Shown in pieces: positions 9,886 to 18,125 of a DNA stretch of 64,000 nt. Each line of letters begins with the position of its first letter. Within the stretch, counting starts at the first letter, position 1. The notes beneath the pieces are model-generated. The model was given only the letters and a program-made list of their open reading frames with translations, was not told where the DNA came from and did not search any database. Both the position numbers and the translations under genes were made by a program. Origin of the DNA: Candidatus Syntropharchaeum butanivorans (GTDB lineage: Archaea; Halobacteriota; Syntropharchaeia; Syntropharchaeales; Syntropharchaeaceae); contig LYOR01000002.1 of assembly GCA_001766825.1 (NCBI GenBank), positions 61,810 to 125,809 of the forward strand. Reading direction: 5' to 3'.

Positions 9886-10515
9886 ATGATAAATATGAAT
9901 GTTGGACAGGAATTGCTGAATGTTCCATTTGGCGAGATGATAAAGGAGATGGCGCTGGCTATCGCAGAGGGCCAGCAGGCACTGGATATGAACTCGATTG
10001 AGGTTGCACAGGCGCTTGCCGAGATCGAGCTACCGGCTGGTAGCGTTATTCTTGCGATCGAGCAACCTGTTGATGAGGATGGAAATCCCACCGGGTCGCC
10101 CACGCTTGTGACAAATGATCAACCGATGAACCTCTTGACGTATGGACTCCAGCCGCGATTTTATGAGTTCACAGAGTCGATCATCGAGGTTAAGATGACA
10201 ATATCGATGAAAATTGAGCGATCAATCGAGAAGGAGTACAAGAAGGAGTTCAAGTTCAAGAATAAAACCACGTTTGAGAGCAGTTTTAAATCGAGTGGCC
10301 TGGCAAGTTTCTTATTTGGAAAGGCTTCCGCCAAGCTCAAGTCAGAGACCACTGTTGCATATGCTTCAACCTATAATGCAAAGTACAAATCCAAGTACAC
10401 GTTCTCTGAGACAGGAACGAGCCTGCTCAGGACGACCTTGAGGCCAGTGCCTCCACCAGATCGGGCTGTGCCGACGATCAAGATACAGGAAGCTTCAGGT
10501 TCGTCCACTCCTTAA
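9886..10515 (+). CDS. Uncharacterised DUF2589-like protein with long Ser/Thr/Lys-rich beta-hairpin
   Basis: VPFGEMIKEMALAIAEGQQALD helix; paralogous to the next ORF; family call from memory only. Confidence 0.6.
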   Translation: MINMNVGQELLNVPFGEMIKEMALAIAEGQQALDMNSIEVAQALAEIELPAGSVILAIEQPVDEDGNPTGSPTLVTNDQPMNLLTYGLQPRFYEFTESIIEVKMTISMKIERSIEKEYKKEFKFKNKTTFESSFKSSGLASFLFGKASAKLKSETTVAYASTYNAKYKSKYTFSETGTSLLRTTLRPVPPPDRAVPTIKIQEASGSSTP

Positions 10516-10518
10516 TTC

Positions 10519-10526
10519 TTTTTTTT
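10519..10526 (+). terminator. T8 tract immediately after first cassette gene (possible internal terminator)
   Basis: TAA then TTC then T8 before the GAGGAG RBS of the next gene; archaeal terminators are oligo-T. Confidence 0.45.
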
Positions 10527-10548
10527 ACATCCCTGAGGAGTGGAGTTT

Positions 10549-10965
10549 ATGGTAGATAAGGACGAGAAGAAGGTGATCGTTGAGGCGCTTGTAGCTCCAC
10601 TTGCCAGCATCCTCAGGTCTGTTGGGATTGCGCTTGCAGAGGCACAGCATGCACTTGATGAGAACTCGATCGCAACACAGAAGGCGATCGATCTTGCAGT
10701 TAAGAGCGGTGAGCTTGAGTACTATATAGAGGCGCCATGGTACCACTTTCCAGAGGTGAATCTCGAACTCAAGATGGCACTCTCAATGAGGGCAGAGGCA
10801 GAGGTTGATAGAAAAGGGAGGGTGCGAGGATACAGGCCAATTCTAATCTCAGCACCGATAAATGCGGCTTACAAGAACACCTATGACTATGATGTCAGAG
10901 GTTCAAGCCAGATAACGGCAAAGATCGTCTCTATACCGCCTGCATCAAAGATTAAGGGAGAATGA
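10549..10965 (+). CDS. Uncharacterised DUF2589-like protein, short paralog
   Basis: PLASILRSVGIALAEAQHALDENS, PWYHFPEVNLELKMALSM, GSSQITAKIVSIPP. Confidence 0.6.
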   Translation: MVDKDEKKVIVEALVAPLASILRSVGIALAEAQHALDENSIATQKAIDLAVKSGELEYYIEAPWYHFPEVNLELKMALSMRAEAEVDRKGRVRGYRPILISAPINAAYKNTYDYDVRGSSQITAKIVSIPPASKIKGE

Positions 10966-10966
10966 T

Positions 10967-11848
10967 GTGGTTGAGATGGCAGAGGACTACAGAAAGAAAT
11001 ATGAGCAGCTTCTCAGGGATTTTACCGCAAAAGAAGCAGAGATTGGTGAGCTTAGATCCCAGGTAAAGAGGCTTCAACTTGAGCGTCCGAAGATCCCGCC
11101 AGATCGCCTCGTTTCAACCTTTGTAGATGCGCTTGAGAAGATGCAGGTTGCACTATCAGAGAAGCGCACGCGTGTTAAGTATCTTGTCAGTGATATGGAG
11201 GTTGAGCTGAAGGCAAATGTGGCATTCAACGAGGATAAGAATGAGATAGCCTATCAGCTTCCAAAGCTTGATGATACCCTGCCCCCTGAGAACCTGAGCA
11301 CGATCCGTTTCAGGATAAAGATGCTCCCAGGAGATGAGGAAGTATCCGGTGAAGAGGTCTTTGGTTATGACGAGGTCCCGAACCTCATAGGTCTCACACT
11401 CGATGCAGCGAAGCATCAGATAACATCGAGGAATTTCACGGTTGGTGAAATCAGCTACAGAAGAAATGACCAGGTTGAACCGGGCACTGTTCTCTCCCAG
11501 ATCCCATCTCCATTCTCGCTCGCACCCCCGGAAAGTCCTGTTGACATAACGGTTTCAGAGCCCGCTGTAAAGCTGACAGAGGTTCCGGATCTCATCGGAG
11601 TCCCACTCGATGATGCAGAAAAACTCTTAAAATCAGTTAATCTGGAAAAAGGCAGGGTGACAGAAGAAAGGAGTGAATCACCCCCCGGGACCGTGATAAG
11701 CCAGAGCATCGAGGCCGGTAAAGAGGTTGAGGCTGGATCTGCGATCGATCTTGTGGTCGCGGCAAAAAGAAGAAGGAATATCTCTCGATACAGGAGGCCC
11801 CAGATATATCCAAGGCGGATCAGCAGGGATCTGAAAGTTGTAAAATGA
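10967..11848 (+). CDS. Coiled coil + helix/beta-hairpin module + 2 PASTA domains
   Basis: VPNLIGLTLDAA..GTVLSQIP and VPDLIGVPLDDA..GTVISQSI PASTA repeats; N-terminal heptads; no TM or signal peptide. Confidence 0.85.
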   Translation: MVEMAEDYRKKYEQLLRDFTAKEAEIGELRSQVKRLQLERPKIPPDRLVSTFVDALEKMQVALSEKRTRVKYLVSDMEVELKANVAFNEDKNEIAYQLPKLDDTLPPENLSTIRFRIKMLPGDEEVSGEEVFGYDEVPNLIGLTLDAAKHQITSRNFTVGEISYRRNDQVEPGTVLSQIPSPFSLAPPESPVDITVSEPAVKLTEVPDLIGVPLDDAEKLLKSVNLEKGRVTEERSESPPGTVISQSIEAGKEVEAGSAIDLVVAAKRRRNISRYRRPQIYPRRISRDLKVVK

Positions 11849-12102
11849 GCCTTGAAACATGTATCGTCTGGCTGAATGAGCCTCTCACAACAAAAAAGGT
11901 TGAGGTATTCACACGAGCAGTGGTTGACCGCGGCGGCAGAATCGAACTTACAGCAACCAGAGGCGCATTCATCATAAGCATCGATCACACCTTCATCGAC
12001 GAGCTCAGAGCAATGCCGGGTGTGAAGCTCATCGGTGGCGTTGAGATACGCCCCCGGAAAGTCCCCATCATCAAGAAACCTCTCCGTGCGGGAGAATCCT
12101 GA
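11845..12102 (+). CDS. 85-aa ferredoxin-fold-like protein (peptidase inhibitor I9/propeptide-like)
   Basis: CIVWL..GGRI..GAFIISI..IDELRAMPGVKLI pattern; ATGA overlap with upstream gene. Confidence 0.5.
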   Translation: MSLETCIVWLNEPLTTKKVEVFTRAVVDRGGRIELTATRGAFIISIDHTFIDELRAMPGVKLIGGVEIRPRKVPIIKKPLRAGES

Positions 12103-12117
12103 AGAATCAAGGGAGTA

Positions 12118-12189
12118 AGCCAAGGTCCGGATTCGAACCGGAGTGGAGTCGCTCTGCAGGCGACCGCATAGCCTCTCTGCCACCTTGGC
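12118..12189 (-). tRNA. tRNA-Cys(GCA)
   Basis: GCCAAGG acceptor stem, GTCGC-CTGCAGA-GCGAC anticodon arm, GGTTCGAATCC T-loop, U73, no encoded CCA. Confidence 0.97.
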
Positions 12190-12343
12190 CTCCAGCGCCT
12201 GCCACCACCTTTACCTTTCACAGGGGATATATAAGAGTCTTTCTGAGCCTCGGTGGAGGCACTGATACGGCGTCATCCCCAAACCTTTTTATTCTCCTCC
12301 CTGAGATAGATATATACCTCACGTTCTTGAAGGTGGATGAGAC

Positions 12344-13741
12344 TTGAAGGATGAATGCGGTGTGGCTGGTATCGCTCTTGATGGGGGTTCTGTCTCATAC
12401 CGATTGTTTCTTGCACTCTACGCACTCCAGCATCGCGGACAGGAATCTGCAGGCATCGCGACGTGGGATGGAAACTCGATAAGATCCTTCAAGGAGATGG
12501 GGCTTGTATCTGAGGTATTCAATGAGGGGGTGCTTGAGTGGTTAGGGGGGAGGATCGGGATCGGGCATGTGAGATACTCAACATCAGGGGGTTCGTTCCC
12601 TGAGAACAGCCAGCCATTCACTGTTAAGTTCAAGGATGGAATGCTTGCAATCGCCCACAACGGCAACCTCATAAACACTGGAAAGCTGAGGAGACACCTT
12701 GAGAAGCTCGGTGCGACGTTCGTCTCAACGACAGATACAGAGGTGATCGCATACCTTCTTGTGAAGGAACTCCTGCGACGAGATCCAGTGGATGCGATAA
12801 GAGCGGTTATGAGGCAGCTGGAAGGGTCTTACTCACTCACAATCCTTATAAATGACATATTAATCGGGGTAAGGGACCCGCTCGGAATAAAACCCCTCGT
12901 GCTTGGAAAACTGGAGGATGGATACATCATCGCCTCTGAAAGCGTCGCAATCGACGTCCTGGATGGGGAGCTGATCCGTGATGTTGAGCCGGGGGAGCTT
13001 GTGATGATAAAAGACGGGGAGCCTGAGACGTACAGGCTTGTGCGAAGAGAGGGGACCGCTCACTGTGTATTTGAGTACATCTATTTTGCAAGGCCAGATT
13101 CATTGATGAATGGCCATCTCGTTTATGATATCAGAAAGAGGATAGGAGAGAAGCTCTTTATCGAACATCCTGTGGATGGAGATCTCGTATCGCCTGTCCC
13201 GGACTCCGGTGTCACGTTTGCGATCGGGTATGCGGCAGCATCAGGTATTCCATATCTTGAGGGGTTGATCAAGAACCGGTATCTCGGCAGGACGTTCATC
13301 ATGCCACATCAGGAGATGAGAGAGGTGTCTGTCAGGCTCAAGCTCAACGTTGTGAGGCCAAACGTTGAGAATAAGCGGGTTATTCTCGTTGATGACTCGA
13401 TCGTGAGGGGGACGACATCCCGGAGAATTGTTGACTATCTGCGCTCAGGGGGAGCCCGTGAGGTTCACATGCGCATCGGCAGCCCACCCATCATCGCACC
13501 CTGTTATCTCGGGATAAACATGTCAACGAGAGATGAGCTCATCGCATCGAACCGATCTGTTGATCAGATAAGGGATGCGCTCAACCTTGACTCGATCGGT
13601 TACATCAGTATCGATGGGCTGATCGAGGCAGTGGGAGAGCGGGGGGAGGATCTCTGTCTCGGATGTTTAACCGGTATCTACCCACTTGAGATCCCTGGTG
13701 AGAGGTGCATTGTGAGACAGATGAAGCTCACGCAGTTTTAG
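12344..13741 (+). CDS. purF: Amidophosphoribosyltransferase
   Basis: ECGVAG Ntn Cys, QHRGQESAG, HVRYST, VDDSIVRGTT. Confidence 0.98.
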   Translation: MKDECGVAGIALDGGSVSYRLFLALYALQHRGQESAGIATWDGNSIRSFKEMGLVSEVFNEGVLEWLGGRIGIGHVRYSTSGGSFPENSQPFTVKFKDGMLAIAHNGNLINTGKLRRHLEKLGATFVSTTDTEVIAYLLVKELLRRDPVDAIRAVMRQLEGSYSLTILINDILIGVRDPLGIKPLVLGKLEDGYIIASESVAIDVLDGELIRDVEPGELVMIKDGEPETYRLVRREGTAHCVFEYIYFARPDSLMNGHLVYDIRKRIGEKLFIEHPVDGDLVSPVPDSGVTFAIGYAAASGIPYLEGLIKNRYLGRTFIMPHQEMREVSVRLKLNVVRPNVENKRVILVDDSIVRGTTSRRIVDYLRSGGAREVHMRIGSPPIIAPCYLGINMSTRDELIASNRSVDQIRDALNLDSIGYISIDGLIEAVGERGEDLCLGCLTGIYPLEIPGERCIVRQMKLTQF

Positions 13742-13754
13742 GAGGGGATAATAT

Positions 13755-14198
13755 ATGCACGAATGGTCAATGGCAGAAGCTGTAATAGCTGCCGTTATCG
13801 ATGAAGCAGAACGAGAGGGGCTGGATAAGGTCACGGAGATCATGGTCCGGGTAGGTGGACTTCAGCAGATGGAAAACGAGGTCTTTGAGTTTGCACTTAA
13901 TGAGCTTAAAGGTGCCTACGGTGGCTCAATCCTTGAGGATGCGAGGATTATTCTTGAGAGGGAGGATGCAGTTCTTAGATGTCGTTTCTGTGGAAATGAG
14001 TGGAAATTCTCAGGAATCAGGCTCTGTGAGGATGAGTATGAGGCGATACACTTCTGCCCGGAGGTTTCACACGCATATATCAGGTGCCCGTCATGCAAAA
14101 GTCCTGACTTCGATCTTTTGACAGGAAGGGGGGTGAGTATAGCCTGGATAAAGGGAGTGAAGGGTGAAGAAGATGGATCCGAGAGTGAGCATCCTTGA
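13755..14198 (+). CDS. hypA: Hydrogenase nickel incorporation protein HypA
   Basis: MHE N-terminus, CRFC and CPSC. Confidence 0.95.
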   Translation: MHEWSMAEAVIAAVIDEAEREGLDKVTEIMVRVGGLQQMENEVFEFALNELKGAYGGSILEDARIILEREDAVLRCRFCGNEWKFSGIRLCEDEYEAIHFCPEVSHAYIRCPSCKSPDFDLLTGRGVSIAWIKGVKGEEDGSESEHP

Positions 14199-14892
14199 TA
14201 GAAGGCTCTGTGAGGTGAGAAGGATCATTGCTGTTACAGGTGGGAAAGGCGGGGTTGGAAAGAGTCTCATTACAGCAGCACTTGGCCTGAATCTCTCAAG
14301 ATTGGGTTTCAGAGTTGCTCTTCTTGATCTCGACCTCACATCTCCTTCACTTCATATCATACTCGGTGCTGATGATATCTTTCCAGAGGAGGAGAAGGGG
14401 ATCATCCCACCGGAGGTTGCAGGTGTTAAGCTTATGAGTATCATCTACTTTACTGCGAGGAATCCATCCCCGTTGAGAGGACCAGATATATCAAATGCAA
14501 CACTCGAGCTTCTTGCAAATACAATATGGGGGGAGGTCGACTTTCTCATGGTCGATATGCCCCCCGGGGTCGGGGATGTTATGATGGATATTATACGATG
14601 GATGAGAGGTTCTGAGTTTCTCATCGTCTCAAACCCATCAAAGCTCGTGCTTGAGACGGTGATAAAGGTGATAAAGCTTCTCACCGAGCTTGATCTCCCG
14701 ATTCTCGGCGTGATAGAGAATATGAAAAGAGGTGAGAGATCTTCCTGGGAGAAGCTCTCAGGCTTCGGTATACCGTTTCTCGGTGAGTTACCCTACTTCG
14801 AGGATCTTGAGGATGCGATAGGCGACCCTGAGATGCTTCTCAGTTCCGGTTTTGGTCGCAGGCTTGGTGAGATCGCAGCGGGGCTGATCTGA
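14164..14892 (+). CDS. Mrp/MinD-family ATPase, probable ATPase-type HypB
   Basis: GGKGGVGKS, DMPPG, ENM; overlaps hypA; no GTPase-type hypB in window. Confidence 0.85.
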   Translation: MKKMDPRVSILDRRLCEVRRIIAVTGGKGGVGKSLITAALGLNLSRLGFRVALLDLDLTSPSLHIILGADDIFPEEEKGIIPPEVAGVKLMSIIYFTARNPSPLRGPDISNATLELLANTIWGEVDFLMVDMPPGVGDVMMDIIRWMRGSEFLIVSNPSKLVLETVIKVIKLLTELDLPILGVIENMKRGERSSWEKLSGFGIPFLGELPYFEDLEDAIGDPEMLLSSGFGRRLGEIAAGLI

Positions 14893-15353
14893 TGCGAGCT
14901 CTTGTCGCAGGTGTTGGGAACAGGTACATGGGGGATGATGGTTTTGGTCCGAGGGTTGTTGAGAGGCTCTCTGAACTCAATCTACCAGAGAATGTCGAGG
15001 TGAGGGACGTCGGGCTATGCGGGTTTACACTTGCGGTTGAGCTTGATCAGTACGATCTTCTCGTCCTGGTAGATGCCCTCAAGATGGGGGCGTCTGCCGG
15101 GAAGATATACTGTGAAAAAATAGAAGGGGTGATTGAGGCAGATCTATCCTCAATCACCATACATGATGCGGGAGTGAGGGAGCTTCTTGCATTTGCGAAG
15201 AAGATCGGTACACTTCCTGCGGACGTATACCTTGTGGGATGTGAGATCTCTCAGATCACCCTTCAGGAGGGGCTAAGCCCCCCGGTTGAGGCTGCGGTTG
15301 ATGATGCTGTGAGGGTTATTCTCAGGTTACTTTATCGGCAGAGCGAAGGGTAG
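14892..15353 (+). CDS. Hydrogenase maturation endopeptidase
   Basis: GVGNRYMGDDGFG, LVDA, TIHD. Confidence 0.93.
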   Translation: MRALVAGVGNRYMGDDGFGPRVVERLSELNLPENVEVRDVGLCGFTLAVELDQYDLLVLVDALKMGASAGKIYCEKIEGVIEADLSSITIHDAGVRELLAFAKKIGTLPADVYLVGCEISQITLQEGLSPPVEAAVDDAVRVILRLLYRQSEG

Positions 15354-17066
15354 TAGCTCATGCTCTTTCTTCTTATCTCCCACATATACATGGACCGCAC
15401 ATCCCAGACATGGATCAAAGCTTCTCACAACCCTCACGATATCAATCCCTTTCCACCCATCAGGTGCCCCGACCTCTGTTATCGGTGTATCGATTATCGC
15501 CTCCTCATAAGGACCTGGCCTTCCATCAGCATCCCTTCCTGATGCATTCCAGGTTGTTGGAGCCTGATACTGGTAGTTATGAATTACACCATGCTTCATC
15601 ACACACCAGTGTGATACCATCCCTCTCATAGCCTCTGTGACACCGTATCCGATCCCCTCATCAGGTTTTTTGTATTCATTCCAGACCCCGGTCTTTCCCG
15701 CCTTCATGAGCTCAAGCATGCGCGTCGCCATCTCAAGCATACAGTGGGCCGTGTATGCATGGTAGTATGCCCTTGCCCTGACCCGTTCAACAGCATTTGG
15801 CCACTCTGGTATCTTCCATTCAACCTCCATCGCTTCTGAGTACTTGAATCCTGGGACAAGTGCCTCTGGAAGCTCGAATCTGATACTATTTCCGGTTGAT
15901 GCGGGAACAAGTCCAGCCTTCGCTGTAACCCACATCCTTGCAAGTGGGCCAACCTCGATCACGTGATCCCTGCCATCCCCTTTCCAGTTCCACCATCGCG
16001 GGGATGTGACCCATGTGTAGGCATCATCCCACCTGCCATACTCAGCCGGCATTGGCTCTGTGCGCTTGTTCCATGGATGTTCCCTTGATATTCTCTTTCC
16101 TGCAGGGTCTGTCTTAAACTCTTCTTCCCAGTCATCTGAGTACCAGCCACTTCCGGTATACTCCCGTACTCCGACATTGATCTCAAGAAGGTCGGTTGTT
16201 ACAAGCTCACCGTTAAGAATCATCCCCGGAGAGACCATACGTCTTCTTCCCCATTCTGTCATCTCACCATAGACCGCAGAGTATGCATCAGGATCATCGA
16301 AGGCACCACCGGATGCAAGGTTCACAGGCCGCTTCCCGACCTCATCATAACCCTGGGCGAGAACGAAATCCAGAAGATCGTCTGTTGCTGTGACAAGCTC
16401 CTTCGTGAATGCGACATGGTGCATGAGTAGCGTCAGATACGACTCGATATCAGATGGTGAGAGATTGGCCTTTGCAACACCGCCTGGGACAAAGGAGTGG
16501 ACGTGTGGGTGCTTTGCACCGAATATTGCGGCCATGTTATGCCCCGCCTTCTGGACAAGGAGTGATCTAAGGTAGAGCTCACCCTCCATCGGGTTAAGCG
16601 CCCGCATGATATCTGCTATCGTCCTGAAACCATGTATATCACTTCTTTCAGCCCGGGTGCGCGCTGCCTCATCCCACCAGTCCGGGTTGAAGCTCTTTAC
16701 CGCATGCTCACTGTAATCAGGCCCCTCAAGGTTTATGACACCTACCTCTGCATCATAGAGCTGCTCTGCACCATGTACGAGGTTTCTTATCACGACCGCC
16801 ATCGGTGGTGGTGATGCCTGGTATGTCTGATCGACCGCAATCACCGAAGCAACAGCGTGGGGTACCGGACAGACACCACATGCACGCTGGGTTATTAGTA
16901 CGGCCTCTGATGGCTCCCTGCCACGGAGTATTATCTCAAGCCCTCTGAACATCGCACCAGCCGCATGGGCATTTTTTACCCTTCTACTCTCTGTATCGAT
17001 CGTTGCATGAATGCCAAGATGCCCCTCTATCCTTGTCACAGGCTCTATCGTGATCTCCTTCATCAT
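15327..17066 (-). CDS. [NiFe]-hydrogenase large subunit, group 1h-like
   Basis: L1 RACGVC, L2 DPCLGCAVH plus 20-aa C-terminal extension. Confidence 0.96.
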   Translation of the reverse strand: MMKEITIEPVTRIEGHLGIHATIDTESRRVKNAHAAGAMFRGLEIILRGREPSEAVLITQRACGVCPVPHAVASVIAVDQTYQASPPPMAVVIRNLVHGAEQLYDAEVGVINLEGPDYSEHAVKSFNPDWWDEAARTRAERSDIHGFRTIADIMRALNPMEGELYLRSLLVQKAGHNMAAIFGAKHPHVHSFVPGGVAKANLSPSDIESYLTLLMHHVAFTKELVTATDDLLDFVLAQGYDEVGKRPVNLASGGAFDDPDAYSAVYGEMTEWGRRRMVSPGMILNGELVTTDLLEINVGVREYTGSGWYSDDWEEEFKTDPAGKRISREHPWNKRTEPMPAEYGRWDDAYTWVTSPRWWNWKGDGRDHVIEVGPLARMWVTAKAGLVPASTGNSIRFELPEALVPGFKYSEAMEVEWKIPEWPNAVERVRARAYYHAYTAHCMLEMATRMLELMKAGKTGVWNEYKKPDEGIGYGVTEAMRGMVSHWCVMKHGVIHNYQYQAPTTWNASGRDADGRPGPYEEAIIDTPITEVGAPDGWKGIDIVRVVRSFDPCLGCAVHVYVGDKKKEHELLPFALPIK

Positions 17067-18010
17067 ATCGTCCTCCCCTTGAACCTCTCAAGCCCCATCT
17101 TGACGTGTCCGAGCGTACCCTTCAGGGTCTCTGTTACAAATGGTGTGACAGGCGCCTTTGCAAAGAACGGCGATACTGGCGGATCAGGGAAGTTAGGGTC
17201 TGCACATCCAAAGCATGGAGCTCCTGTATTTGTACAGCCCCCGTATCCATCGTTCCAGGTCTTGGAGGCGTTGCAATGGGTTATGATACCCTTACAACCG
17301 AGTGCACCGAGACACCCCGTCTCACCGAACTTATGCGCATCAACTCCCTCTGAGTAGTATCCACAGATCGGGCACATCTCATGGGCTGTGGCTGTGTTGA
17401 GGTAATCCGGTCTGTTAAGCTCATCAAGCGCAGGAGGTGGTGCAAGCCCTCTTGCTGCAAGAACCGCATGCCCCAGTGCCTGTACGATGTTATCAGGCCT
17501 TGGTGGACATCCGGGGATACAGACCAGTGGAAGACCGAGCCCACCTTTCCATCCTTCTCCGAGATAATCACGAAGTCCCTTTGCGCCGGTCGGGTTTGGC
17601 TCACCGTGTACAACACCACCATAGGAGGCACACGTTCCAACCGCAACAGCAGCAGCACACCGCTTTGAAAGCGCATCAATTACCTCATTGAGCTTCAAAA
17701 TCCTCCCCTCATACTCTCCGATCGCGCAGTAGACACCGTTGCCTGCTCTTGTCTCATCAGGGATTGCTCCTTCGAGAATGAGAACAAAAGGATCGTACTT
17801 TCCATCCATTGCATCAACAAGCACCTTTGAAGCATCTTCTCCCCACTCAAACATCAGTGTAGGGTGGTAGACGAGCTTCAGGCCGTCAAGCCCCGGTATT
17901 GCCCCTGTTATGACCTCGATCAGGGTTGGATTGCTCGCCTGCTTGAGTGAGATCGTGCATCCGGCGCAATCCTGCCCCTCAACCCAGATCAAGTTGAGTT
18001 CTTCAGTCAT
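17063..18010 (-). CDS. [NiFe]-hydrogenase small subunit, no Tat signal
   Basis: CAGC, GTCASYGG, PGCPP, HEMC, CLGALGCKG, GGCTNTGAPCFGC. Confidence 0.96.
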   Translation of the reverse strand: MTEELNLIWVEGQDCAGCTISLKQASNPTLIEVITGAIPGLDGLKLVYHPTLMFEWGEDASKVLVDAMDGKYDPFVLILEGAIPDETRAGNGVYCAIGEYEGRILKLNEVIDALSKRCAAAVAVGTCASYGGVVHGEPNPTGAKGLRDYLGEGWKGGLGLPLVCIPGCPPRPDNIVQALGHAVLAARGLAPPPALDELNRPDYLNTATAHEMCPICGYYSEGVDAHKFGETGCLGALGCKGIITHCNASKTWNDGYGGCTNTGAPCFGCADPNFPDPPVSPFFAKAPVTPFVTETLKGTLGHVKMGLERFKGRTI

Positions 18011-18125
18011 TCTTATCACTATATAATTATATTATATACCATTTTATAACTTTTTGGATCTTAGAGATATTTTACAAATCTAATTAATCTAATTAATCAT
18101 TAAAAATAATAATGAAAAAAAAAAA

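Noticed and set aside
9700-12189. PASTA cassette as a tRNA-Cys-integrated island with att repeats
   Set aside because: No copy of the tRNA 3' end seen upstream, no integrase adjacent, and no obvious compositional shift
18010-18125. AT-rich tract with TAATTAATC repeat and A-run between hypD and the hydrogenase small subunit
   Set aside because: Adequately explained as terminator plus promoter region; no further structure supportable
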